The position numbers and the translations under genes were made by a program. DNA of 63,470 bases, filler included, from Bigelowiella natans CCMP2755 (Eukaryota > Protista > Cercozoa): NCBI GenBank assembly GCA_000320545.1. It is 5 parts of 5 records of this genome, joined end to end, with 100 filler letters (N's around TTAATTAATTAA, not from the genome) between each part and the next. Parts side by side here need not be neighbours in the genome. Positions count along the whole stretch, not along the records: positions 27,061 to 47,095 come from ADNK01000110.1; positions 47,196 to 60,768 come from ADNK01000845.1; 3 more parts are not named here. One strand, given 5' to 3'. Within the stretch, counting starts at the first letter, position 1. Each line of letters begins with the position of its first letter. Positions 37,906 to 50,697 of the stretch are shown piece by piece. The notes beneath the pieces are model-generated. The model saw only the letters and a list, made by a program, of their open reading frames with translations. It was not told the DNA's origin and did no database searches.

Positions 37906-40900
37906 GTGTATATATTTGTGTGTGTGTGTCTGTGTGTGTATGAATGAATCTGCTATGTGATATCACCAAACCAAAAACTTGCCCGCGACCGAAATATCGA
38001 TGTAAAACTCATGAAACCCCCATTTTTACTCTCCTTTGACTTCGACTCACCCTTCACAGCAGAACTTGGGGTCGTCTGCTTTTCCTCACTTTCCATCTGT
38101 TTGGTCAATTCGCCAAGCTGCTCCTTTAGTCGTTCGCACTCCTGTCTTACCTTGTCGCGCCGGACACTCAATTGTTCTATTTCATTCTCAAGCTTTTCAG
38201 TCATAATTTCTATCTTTCGTTGTGTGATACCGAGCTTCATCGAGGCAGCCTTAACATCTTCCTTCTTATTTTTCAGCCGTTTGTCAAATTCTTCACACAA
38301 CAGCTTGCGCTCTTCCTTCAGTCTACGCTCTTCTTCGGCCCATGTCGAGCGTGCTTCTTCCAAAAACTTCTTCATCTCTAATTCGCCCTGCTTTCCTTTT
38401 TGAATGCCTGTGCATTCCTCCTCTGTGTTGCGTACCCCATCAGAACTAGTCTGGATTCCTTCTTTCATGCGCTCCAGGGTTTCCTCACGTTCTTTGAGAG
38501 ACCTTTTTACATCCTCCAAACGCTTTTTCTCAACGGATGAGTCTCTCTCGAATACCGCCTCACGCTCATTAAGGGCTTCGAGCTTGGCATCGATGTCAGT
38601 CCGTGATTTGGAGAGCTCCACATCACGGGCTTGAAGAGTCCTTTCCCACAAACCGAGTCGCTCCTTCTCATCAGCTAGAATCTTTGTGTTCATTTCATGC
38701 GACTCAATTGATTTCTTGATTTGCTGCTCGATGGTACAAATGTGGACGGTCTTTGTTTTCGTTTCAGTTTCTGAGACGCGAACAACTTCCTCACGTGCAA
38801 GAAGGGAGGCTTGCTTCCTTTCAAGCCTTGCACTCTCTTCCGAACACTTTTGCTTGAATGCCACGATCCTGTCATCGAGGCTATTTCTCTCTTTCGCAAG
38901 CTCTACAATCCGTTGGTCCAAGAGCTCAAACTTCACCTTCAGCTCCTTCTCAGTGTGCCCGAAGGAACCATCTCGTTGCCCCATGTGATCCAACCTTGTT
39001 TCATGTTCATCGGACTCATCACTTATTTTTTTCGAAGTGGCAAGAATGAGCTGCTCTAGCTTTGTCTGAATCTCGGTTTCGGATCTCAAGACTGCCCCTT
39101 CTCGAATCTTGAGAGATTGCTCCACGTCAATGAGCCGACTTTGTTCGCTCTCCACTTTCTTCGCAGCTACCTCGCAATTGTGTTGCAGTCCCTCAAGTCT
39201 CTTCATGTCTTCCTCATGGGCCACTGTCTTGACCTGCAGCTCTTGGAGACCATCCTCCATCATCTTTTCCCGATGCCTCATCGAAGATTTCTCATCGATG
39301 AGTGCAAGTTTTTCTTTCTCGAGCAATTTCACTTCTGCTTCATGAGTTTCAACCGCCTTCTTGTGTGTCTCCGCACTTTCGAGCATTTTTCCTCGATTCA
39401 CTTCCAAGTCCAATCGAAGTGCCTCAAGTTCTGCCTCCAAGGTGGAAAGGTCCGCTTTTTTCTTGAAAATCGCAGTCTGCAGCACCGTGAGTGATTCCTT
39501 TTCTTCTTCCAGGTTGTCAAGCTCCTGTTGAAGCTCTCCTTCCTTCTGTGAAAGTTTCTTGCGGTCAGCCTCCAATTCAGCACTCAGAGATGCCAAGTCC
39601 GACGCCCTCTTGCGATTGGCTTCCGACAATGAGCGAGCCTGAACGAATTCCAAACATTGACACAACAACAACGATCGCAAGTGACACTCAGGAACCAACT
39701 TCAACAACCAGGTGAGGGCTGGGATGCACACTTCTGGACACACACACGTGCGACTCACACACACAAAGAAAAAGAGAGGTTCAGGGAGAGGTGCAAACCA
39801 AGTAGCAACTTGGATTCCACCACGCCAGTGAAGTGGAGAAAAACCCCCAAAGTTTGAACACCACCCGCAACTGAGACAGTGCCGTGCTGGCGTGCACAAC
39901 GACAACCAAAACCCAGCCAACATTGCGCCAACAAACACGTGAGCAAACAACCTTTGCGAGTTCCTGCTGCAGTTGGTCTCGAAGAATCCCTTCGTCGTCT
40001 TCACCTTTGCAATCGACTGCAAATGGCGCGCAGTCGTTTGCACGCTCATCGTCGGGCGAAGGCACACTTTGAGATTCCCCCTGAGTTCCTTCCTCGCCGC
40101 TTCCATCGTCCTCGCCGGGAGGACAAGCGTGCGACGACATCGCTGCTGAGTTCTCCTCGACAGGGGCGAGGGGTGTGGGCGCCTGGAGACCAGAGTTTCC
40201 TTGCTTTCCCTCAGTGAGTGACTTCTTCTCGACTTTCAACGCCTCTCTTTCCTTTTGAAGCTCCTCTTTTTCCTTTGCGAGGCTCTCCTTCGCTTCCTTC
40301 AAGTCCTCGGAGTCGAGCTCAAACTGCTTGCGGTCTGAAGCCAGTTCTTGCCGCTTCTCGTCAAGCTCGTGGTGCCCGTGCTCCAAGTCATCCTCGAGTG
40401 TTTGTTCTCGCTCTTGCAACTTTCTCTCAGTGGAAGAGAGCTCTTCAGCCTTTGCTTCGATTTGCTTTTGCTGCCTCTCCAGTTCCAACTTGAGAGCCTC
40501 CTCCCTTTCGAGCGTTTTCCCTCGATTCACTTCCAAGTCCAATCGAAGTGCCTCAAGTTCTGCCTCCAAGGTGGAAAGGTCCGCTTTTTTCTTGAAAATC
40601 GCAGTCTGCAGCACCGTGAGTGATTCCTTTTCTGCTTCCAAGTCGTCAAGCTCCTTTTGAAGCTCTCCTCCCTCCTGTGAAAGTCTCTCACGGTCAGCCT
40701 CCAACTCAGCACTCAGAGATGCCAAGTCCGACGCCCTCTTGCGATTGGCTTCCGACAATGAGCGAGCCTGAACGAATTCCAAACATTGACACAACAACAA
40801 CGATCGCAAGTGACACTCAGGAACCAACTTCAACAACCAGGTGAGGGCTGGGATGCACACTTCTGGACACACGCACGTGCGACTCACACACACAAAGAAA

Positions 40901-43900
40901 AAGAGAGGTTCAGGGAGAGGTGCAAACCAAGCAGCAACTTGGATTCCACTGCGCCAGTGAAGTGGAAAAAAAAACCCAAAGTTTGAACACCACCCGCAAC
41001 TGAGACAGTGCCGTGCTGGCGTGCACAACGACAACCAAAACCCAGCCAACATTGCGCCAACAAACACGTGAGCAAACAACCTTTGCGAGTTCCTGCTGCA
41101 GTTGGTCTCGAAGAATCCCTTCGTCGTCTTCACCTTTGCAATCGACTGCAAATGGCGCGCAGTCGTTTGCACGCTCATCGTCGGGCGAAGGCACACTTTG
41201 AGGACCCTCCTGAGTTCCTTCCTCGCCGCTTCCATCGTCCTCGCCGGGAGGACAAGCGTGCGACGACATCGCTGCTGAGTTCTCCTCGACAGGGGCGAGG
41301 GGTGTCGGTGCCTTGAGACCAGAGTTTCCTTGCTTTCCCTCAGTGAGTGACTTCTTCTCGACTTTCAACGCCTCTCTTTCCTTTTGAAGCTCCTCTTTTT
41401 CCTTTGCGAGGCTCTCCTTCGCTTCCTTCAAGTCCTCGGAGTCAAGCTCAAACTGCTTGCGGTCTGAAGCAAGTTCTTGCCGCTTTTCGTCGAGCTCCTG
41501 TTTGCCACGCTCCAGGTCGTCCTTGAGCACTTGTTCTCGCTCTTGCAACTTTCTCTCAGTGGAAGAGAGCTCTTCAGCCTTTGCTTCGATTTGCTTTCGC
41601 TTTTGCTCCAGTTCCGACTTCGTGGCATCCAAGTGCTTGGCACGCTCGTCAAGCTGCACTCGGTGTTCCTCCAGAGACTTTTTGGACTCCTCAACTTCGT
41701 GCACTTTGGACTTGATTGTTTCCACGTCCGCGTTCAGCAGCTTTCGCTCCTCTTCCAACTCAGACGTGGACACCTCAAGCTCCTTTTGTTTTGTCTCGAT
41801 TTCTGCCGTTTTCACGCTGAGAGCAGTGTCTTTGTTTCTCACTTCCTCCGAGAGGTTTGTGATTCGATCCAGTTCGGCTTTCGCTGCAACTTTGGCTTCC
41901 TCAGCAGCTTTTTGCTCGGCCCTCAGGTTTGACTCTTTCAGCTTGTGGTCTTCAATCAGCTTTTGGAGGTCTTCGAAGTCATCCTTGAGGTGCTGACGGT
42001 CTTCTTTGAGTTTTTCCACCCTTTCTGCGTGGGCCTCGGTGTCCGTGCACAGTTGCTCGCGTGAAGATGCAAGTTCAGTCTCCTGAAATCACAAAAAAAT
42101 CAATGTGGGTGTTGTCAGACGCAACTGAAGTGGTGCAGTGTGGTGGTGTGATCGTGTTGGTTCAGTGATGACAGTTTGCAGTGCAATGCTTGGTCTCATG
42201 CGACCTTGAGAGTCAACTTGGCCTCCTTCCCTTCGAGCTTTTCGCGGAGCTTTTCCAACTCTGATTGGGCAGAAATCAGAGAAGCCCTCTCCTTTTCAAT
42301 CCTGGAGAGGGACTTCTGTGTTTCTTTGCTTTTCTCCTGAACCTCTTTCTTCCACAAATCACGTTGCTGATCGAGTTCCGTGCTCCTGAAAACGAGTGAT
42401 CTCTCTTTGTTTGAAAGCGATTCACGAGTTTCTTCGAGTCTTGACTGCAACTCAGTCAATTCTCCCTCTTTGACGTGGAGCCTCTCACGCAATGAACCGA
42501 CCTCTCTCCTCTCGGCTGCCAAAGCTTCCCTCTTTGCCATCACTTTCAACAGTTCTTCCTTGTTCTTTTCCTCCAGTTGCTGTTTCATTTCATCCAGAGC
42601 TTTGCGCTTGATTCCCAGTTTCTCTTCTTGACGTTCCTGTTCCATGAGCTTTTGTGCAAGAGCAATTTCTCTCATTTCTGTGTGCTTGCGCTTGACTTCG
42701 ATGGTCTCCTTTTCAGCTGCTAGCTCTGTTCTCTGAGTCCGAGTGTCTTGCTCCAACTTGGAGCGTTCCTGCTTCAGTTCGTTCTCTTCAGTCATCAAAC
42801 GTGCTCGGGCTGCGCTGACCGTTTCCTTCTCTGCTGCAACTCTTTTGGTCGTCTCCTTCATTTTCTTGATGTGAGCTTCCTTCTGTTCGAAGAACATTTC
42901 TTCATCCACTTTCAGCTTCTCCAACTTTCGGTCAAGTTCAGTCGTCTTGGCCTGAAGCTCAGCTCTTGCAGCTGCGAGATCGTCACGAGCACTCTTGATT
43001 TCGTCCCGAGCAGACTTCAAAGCAACTTTCTCTTCGACCACGTTTGCCATGTCGATCTCCACCTTCACTGTGCGCTTCTTCAGTTGCGACTCGAGTGCAT
43101 CAAGTTCCTTCACTCTCTCCTCAAGGTCACTTTTCTCAATGTCGAGCACATCACGCTCAGCCTCAAGGTTCTCAGCCTCTTCGTGGGCGGCAGCTTCGCC
43201 TTTCTGGAGTTTGGCCAAAGAAGTTGACAGTTCCTCTTCACTCTTTTTGATTTGTGAGGCTCTTTGTTCCAGGCGCTTGCGATCTTCGGTGAGCTGTTTC
43301 TCTTGTGCTCCTGCTTGCTTCTCCCTGTCCACGACTTGCAATTCTCTCCTCTCGGTCAGCTTTTCTCGCTCCTGGAGCTTCTTCTGTTTGGACTTCGTCT
43401 GCACGATGGCTTCGTTCACTTTGGCCTCCTTCTCGTTCAATGAAGCTTCAGTGCCTTTGATCTTGGCTTCGCGTGCAGAGAGCGCCTCTTTTTCTCTGTT
43501 CAATTCGAGTTTGCGCTTCTTCATGCGATTCTGCTCCGCGGACAGGTGCTTGAGTTTTTGTCTAATCCTTTCTGCGGCCTCCTTTTTTTCTTTGCCAAAC
43601 TTTTCAGCATCGACACGGACGCTCTCTTGCTGCTCCTTCAAAGCTTCTCGTTCCTGTTCGAGAATGCTCCTGTCGCTTGCGACTCGCAACCGGTCGTCTG
43701 CAAGTTTTTCCTGTCCTGTCTTCAGAGTTGTGAGGCCAGTGTGCATGGCTGACATGTTCATCTGAAGTGTCGCACGCTCGACTTTGAGTTCTTCTTGGAG
43801 CTTTTCGCAGCTCTCTCTGTTCTCAGCGATGCGCTTGGCCACATCGTCCTGCTCCTTAGCCCGCACCACGAGCACCTGCTCGCGTTCCTCCAATGAACTT

Positions 43901-44085
43901 TGCAAACTGAGCAGCTTTGTAGCCTCCACATCTAAATGTTCCTTCAGTTTTGCAGCAGCCTCCATGTCTTCCCTCACACGTTTTTTCTCGGATGCCAAGG
44001 AGCTGGCTTCCTTTTCCATTTTCTGATTTGGTAAGACATAGCAACAATGTGTATGCATATGCATATGTACATGTGTATATGTACA

Positions 44086-44129
<44 letters not shown>

Positions 44130-44139
44130 ATGTGTTTGT

Positions 44140-44182
<43 letters not shown>

Positions 44183-46863
44183 TTCATTACAAATGAATAC
44201 CTACATTTCCCAATGTCATGATTAAGAAAGAGTTTGATAGATTAGAATCAAAATGTGATTCATGCGATTGTCACAGTGACACCAGACTGAAACATTGATC
44301 TGACTTCATTCACCTTATTTGCTTTTTCGAGTGCCTTCTTCTGGTCGTCAAGATCTTGCCGTTGTCGCTCTGCAGCGATTTTCTCCGTTGCAAGTCGTTC
44401 CAGCTGCTTATCGAGGGCTTGCTGTTGTTGCTCTATGCTCACCCTCTCGGATGCAAGAGCTATTTTTTGAGTTGCAAGCTCTCCAGCCTGCTTCTCAAAA
44501 ATTTCTTCTCGATTCCTCGCCTTGAGTTCCAGCTCCTGTATGTGGTATTGCAAGGTTAAAATTATACACGTACATTTGTCACAATGTCCATTGCCTGTTT
44601 CATCTGCTCGAACTCTTTTTGGTGCTCGTCGAGCTGTTTTCGCTGCTGCTCTACGTCCTGCTTCATCCGTGCCAGGTCTCTTTTTTCGGAAGCCAATTCT
44701 ACGTCCTGCTTCTTTGATGCCTCTTCCCGCTCCTTCGCCTCCTCCTCCCCCTTCTGGAAAATTGAAACAATTGTAATCAATGTCATGTTCGCTCACAAAA
44801 CGCTCCGAATAACGTGTATTTCCGCCTGTAGTCACCTGTGTCGCCCTCGTGAGTTGTTCATTTTGTTGATCAAGTTGGCGTTTTAGCTGCTCTGTGGCCA
44901 CCTTCACATTATTAAAATCTTCCTTTTCAGATTCAAGTTCTCTCATTTGTTTCTCAAACTTTTCCTGCTGCTCCAAAGCCTCCCGCTCCAGCTTCTGCGT
45001 TGGTTGCATTCAGATGTGTAAGCTACATTCAAGTCATATTGCTTAAAATGTCATAGATGCAAAGTTGACGTCTGTGCGATTCAAAGTGAAGTCATCGGAT
45101 GAAAATGACATATACTGGGGCGAAATCTGTGTATCTCCCACCTTCTGTACTTCTATTAGTTTAATTTTTTGGCGTTGAGTACCTGAAGCTTTTGCTCAAA
45201 ACTTCTCCTTTCATTCGCAAGACTGGTTCTCTCATCAGCGAGTTCTTTAGCCTGCTTCTCTTTCTCTTCGCTCATCATTCTCCTCGTTTCTGTCTCCTCT
45301 TGCTGCAGTTTTGAACGCTTTTCTTCTAGTTTCCTTCGTTCCTCATCTTGATCCTTCTTGATTTCTTCTTGTTTCAATTTTTGGTCGTTGAGTACCTGAA
45401 GCTTTTGCTCAAAACTTCTCCTTTCATTCGCAAGACTGGTTCTCTCATCAGCGAGTTCTTTAGCCTGCTTCTCTTTCTCTTCGCTCATCATTCTCCTCGT
45501 TTCTGTCTCCTCTTGCTGCAGTTTTGAACGCTTTTCTTCTAGTTTCCTTCGTTCCTCATCTTGATCCTTCTTGATTTCTTCTTGTTTCAATTTTTGGTCG
45601 TTGAGTACCTGAAGCTTTTGCTCAAAACTTCTCTTTTCATTCTCAAGACTAGTTCTCTCATCAGCGAGTTCTTTAGCCTGCTTCTCTTTCTCTTCGCTCA
45701 TCATTCTCCTCATTTCTATCTCGTCTTGCTGCAGTTTTGAACGCTTTTCTTCTAGTTTCCTTCGTTCCTCAACTTGATCCTTCTTTGATTTCTCGACAGC
45801 CTTCCCTTCCGTCTCAATTCGCCCGCGCTCAGCCGCTAGGGCTGCCTTATCTTCTTCTGAGCTTTTGTGGAAAGCCTCTCGCGCGGCCTCAAGAGCGCGT
45901 CTGGCCTTCTCTAGACTTGCCTTCTCGTCCTCGAGGCGCTGCTCTTCCTTTTTCAACTCATCCTTTTTTAGTTCCTCTGTAGCTCTTTGAATGCTCTTTT
46001 TTTCTTCTCCTGTCAGCAAGGAATCGAGATGGCTTGCAACGTCCTCGCGTTCGGCGTTTGAAAACTCATCACTTATGGTAGCGATGTGCATCATATCGTC
46101 ATCGTTGAAGGCAAGTGCTTCGCCCTTGACACTGCCTTCGTCCTCCGGATGCAGTAACGATCCATGCATCACTTCTCTCCCATCTGATTCCGAATCCCCG
46201 GCAAAACTCGACTTCCGTGATCGTTCATCCGATTGTGGGCAAAGAGGCACACTTAGGAGCTGTCGTTGCTGCTCCTCTTCAAGCTCTGCTACCTTTTTTT
46301 TCGCGTTTTCCAGCGAGTTTAGGAGCTACAAAGATTAACCGATAATAAGAATTAATTTTTCTGAACTGTGAAGGCCATTTACTTTTCGATTTGGTACATT
46401 TCGGGAAATAGAAATGTAAGCATTCTGAAATAATCGTTGGGCTACCTGTTCTTCCTTCTCGCTAGCATTTTTCAGACTCAGTTCCAACTCCTCCAATTTT
46501 TGTTCGTCCTCCTAATAAAACTGCATTAACGACCAAAAATTCTTTCCTTCACAACTACTAAATCCCCCCTTCCATTTGGGGCTTCTACCTCTTTCCCCTT
46601 GTTTGCACGAGAAAGCAGCAACTCTAGCTCTCGGACCCTCTCTGACTCCTACCATGTTGTATCAAATCCATATTGAAAAATCGACTTTACACGTTCAATA
46701 CAATTGCATATGTCCATGTTGAGTTATAGAGGATGAAGAAAAGAAAATATTATAAACTGGGTTCAACTTAGTTGCAAGACAAGAAAAGGGTCCGCTCGAC
46801 AAAAATCAGAGAAAAAGATACCTGAGAGGAATGCTCTGTTGCATCAATCTTCATCTCCAACAC
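34279..46863 (-). CDS. Very large coiled-coil protein with a C-terminal WW domain; 5' end lost in the gap
   Basis: Continuous E/K-rich heptad exons from 46863 down. The spliced WW motif WKRSEHK|GRTYYYNLETGTSSWEKP joins exons near 36100 and 35800. Confidence 0.85.
39376..41620. repeat. Intragenic tandem duplication, unit 1129 bp (exon + 313-bp intron + exon)
   Basis: Paired ORFs are offset by exactly 1129 nt (39398/40527, 39491/40620, 39781/40910). Scattered substitutions argue against a pure assembly echo. Confidence 0.93.
45160..45785 (-). repeat. Coding tandem repeat, 213 bp / 71 aa, ~3 copies
   Basis: GAGTACCTGAAGC recurs at 45177, 45390 and 45603. Unit KKDQDEERRKLEEKRSKLQQ...FEQKLQVLNDQKLKQEEI. 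Confidence 0.95.
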
Positions 46864-47195
46864 CTGAATTTCAATTATTTTAAAATAGCGCTACCATTTA
46901 CATCCCCCCCCTCCACAACACACAAACTGTCTGACTGAGTGTATAGTAGGGGGTGATATGTTTTTGTATAGAGAGGGAGAGAGGAAGACAGGGAGAGAGG
47001 GAGAGAGAAACGAATCGTTTAATATAAACGGTATGTTGTCAATATGTTCAGGTCTATGTAAGGTCAAACATAGACTTTGCTGCGATTCGACAGTGNNNNN
47101 NNNNNNNNNNNNNNNNNNNNNNNNNNNNNNNNNNNNNNNTTAATTAATTAANNNNNNNNNNNNNNNNNNNNNNNNNNNNNNNNNNNNNNNNNNNN

Positions 47196-47256
<61 letters not shown>

Positions 47257-47272
47257 CCATGTGCGTGTGTCT

Positions 47273-47317
<45 letters not shown>

Positions 47318-47408
47318 AATGCGTGTGTGGCTCCTTTTAGCGATATGTCGTGGTCATTCTCTTCTGTCCTCTTTGTTATTTGCCTCCCCCCACGCCCTCT
47401 CTCATTGC

Positions 47409-47899
47409 CTTCATCGCCGGTTGGCCGGCCTTGCTGTGGCGCTGTTTCGCAATGATAGCTAAATATCGTGAAGCAGCAGCAGCAACACAACCACCAAACA
47501 AAGTTGTCATCATGCCCTTGCTCACATTGCGGTGTCTATTTAAACTCTATCACTGAAACAGACTTTCTCCGGGAAATAACTTCTGAATATGGTTTTATAA
47601 GTTATATCGGCCATATCCCCCCTTCCATCCCTTTCTCCTTCCTACCCCAATCGATGGCATCCTTTCATGAGTATCGCATTCGAGGGGGAGTGGGGCTTCA
47701 TGTGCTCCGTTTGGACACCTGGGTGTGGCAGATATGTGGACACCATCAATCATCTGTCCATAATGTGTGCTGTTGTTCTTATCACTTTCCATAAAAGCAG
47801 CATGTGCGTTTACACCACATACAGGTATAGAAATCACTCATCCAACGTCATGTATTCTACCCCCCCCGCACCCCTATTTTGATCTATCAGCTACAAGGC

Positions 47900-47938
<39 letters not shown>

Positions 47939-48518
47939 CCCCCCCCCACCCTCCCCCCCCCCTCTCTCTCTCTTCGTTACCGAGCAACTCACAGCCCTTA
48001 TCCACACAATGAGAAAACCAAGGCGAATCGAACTGCTTCAGCTTATACTTGCGCGCCCATTCTTCCCTCACCTGCGTGCGTGCGTGTGTGCGTGTGTGTG
48101 TGATGTGGTGTGATGAGAATTGTCCTTTTTCAGAAGACAGGCTACTAATCGGTAGCTGATTGACTGATTGAATGAATGGATGATAACGGAGCTGCAATAT
48201 AAGAACAACAACAACAGCAACAATGGCGCTATTCACTCTTGCGCCTTTCTGTACAGAGCAGATTCACTCACGTAGTGGGGAGGCCGAAGCGAGCAAAACC
48301 AGTTTACACTTCCTATTTTTGTTTGAGGGTGTTGTTGTTGTTGTTGTTGTTGTTGTTGCACACAACAAGGGGAACCAAGGAACGAAGGAAGGAAGGAAGA
48401 AAAACAGGGGGGGAAAACATTGATTGGTGGAACTTGTGTTTGTAAAGACATGCAGCATTATAAACATCAGATACTTCCGAATTAATATGGGCAGCAACCT
48501 GCGTGGAGACATATAAAC

Positions 48519-48557
<39 letters not shown>

Positions 48558-49294
48558 ACACACATACACACTCACACGCGTACACCCTCACACGCATAGA
48601 GTCACACACTCACCCCCGCCACCGAATGTGGAGCCCGCAAGCACCGTCATTGCACAATCTTCGGTAGTCAGATACGGCCTGATGTGCGATGATAATGGTT
48701 ATGGCCATGTTGGTTCATATGGTTCGCTTATTATGAGATATATGCTCTTATCTTATGAAGATGGTTCGTAAAGAGCTCGCAAAATCATGTCACGACTCGC
48801 GAGAGAGTGGGAGTCGTATTAGGGTGGCGCGGTGCGTTGATTGAGAAGCAGCTACGTCTGCGAAAGGTTCACGTTTCTTGTGTGGTTGGTTTGTGTTACC
48901 CGCCACGCTCATACATTTTCTCGAACATCGGAATCTGGATTGAAAGCAGAGACTTGGTGACAGTGTGGTGTGTGTGTGTGTGTGTGTGTGTGTGTGATAC
49001 TGTATAGGAAGTGGCCACTGTCAATGAGAATCGTGGCGCTGCCATGCGTTGGGCATGGTCGCATCGACGATGTTTGTGACTAGCCTCGCTATGAGATGTA
49101 AAGTCCCTCTATGAGCACACACTGCGAGGTTTATGAGCAAGCTTCCACCATCTAGTACCACACACAACCTTCTACAACTACTGCTGCTACTTCTTCTCAC
49201 GCCTAATTCTCCTGCCGCTTCTGCTGCTGCCACCTACCTCTTGAAGACTGTTGTTGCCGTGATACATGCTAATAAACTCGCCCTAAATGATGGT

Positions 49295-49349
<55 letters not shown>

Positions 49350-49429
49350 TGTACATGTATGCGCACTCATTGACATACACAAGAGAGAGAAGAGACAAGA
49401 AATAGAGGGGATACAGACAGACGACAAGC

Positions 49430-49472
<43 letters not shown>

Positions 49473-50203
49473 GAGAGATGGAGAGAGAAGGAAGTGGAAA
49501 GTGAGGAAGAGCACCATTTCCTCCCCACTTACTATGCGCTTCGGATGGCGTTCACATCATCATCATCATCATCATCATCTTCATCATCATCTTCATCGTT
49601 ATGAGGGCAGCTGGATGGACTTCAACAACGTCCCTTCCTTTTGTCCCCCTCCTTCCCTATTCAATCATCATCGGAGAAAAACATGCACGAACTACTGGTA
49701 CTGCACCTTTTCAACCATGAGGACTTTGTAACCATCCATACAGAGCTGCCCAGATAGAAGAACATGATGGTGTGATGATGATGATAAGGATGATGATGAG
49801 GATGATGATGTGGCTTGTGTAGCAGCACAAAAGAAGCATGTGCTTGCGGATGGTGTGCGTCGCAGGTATATCCCTCGCAGCATTTATCGATCGGTAGTTT
49901 TCAAAGGTCTTATTCTGTTAATTTGGGTGGTGGTGATATATGTAGGAGGCGGCAAGGCGGAAGTGCAACTCCGTTCCAACGTCCGCACTTGTGTTCGCAA
50001 AGCATGTGAGGTGATGATGATCAAGTTCTTGTTGTTGTTGTTGTTGTTGTCGCTCTGTTCTGTTGCCCGGAAATTCTGCATGCAATTTTCCTCATTATTT
50101 GTGATTGATACCTGATGGGCTGCCATAGAGCCTCCTACTCCAGATCCAACAATAACCTTTAAATTACGCATACGTGTCAGCTTGTCGCACAAGGATTAAA
50201 TAT

Positions 50204-50272
<69 letters not shown>

Positions 50273-50647
50273 TACTCGTCCATCAAATGCGCTCTCTCCC
50301 CCTCTCTCTATATCCATCTTTCAAGCGTGTTCTCCATACCACGTCCGCGTCGAATTTTTCTTCTAGTACACCGCCGCCGCCGGGGGATATCTTCAGCTCA
50401 CAACCCGCCACAATGCGAAGGTACTCAGGAACAGCCGAGAGAGGCCGTGGAATCTTGTAGCCGAACGCCTTTATGGAAGGATGATGATTCGTTCATTTAT
50501 ATGTTGCCAAAGGGATAGGAATTGACAAATAGGTCCAATAGTGACGATGACAACAATAATGATGTTGATGAAAATGATGATCATAGAAATCCATCAGAAC
50601 TGGAGTAATGTGCACAGGGCAAGTAGTTCGTCATCGTTCTCGCTCTC

Positions 50648-50697
<50 letters not shown>

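Noticed and set aside
39170-43855. Classical RIP or 5mC/CpG decay as the cause of the TG/CA excess
   Set aside because: RIP increases TpA, and CpG remains frequent here while TpA is what is missing. Minor CpG decay is not excluded.
37957-44026. Many long plus-strand Ser/Phe/Leu-rich ORFs and read-through of introns
   Set aside because: These are antisense shadows of E/K-rich codons, lengthened by the absence of TAA/TAG in the TpA void.
45160-45785. CRISPR-like or non-coding array
   Set aside because: It is an in-frame 213-bp coding repeat with no unique spacers, in a eukaryotic context.
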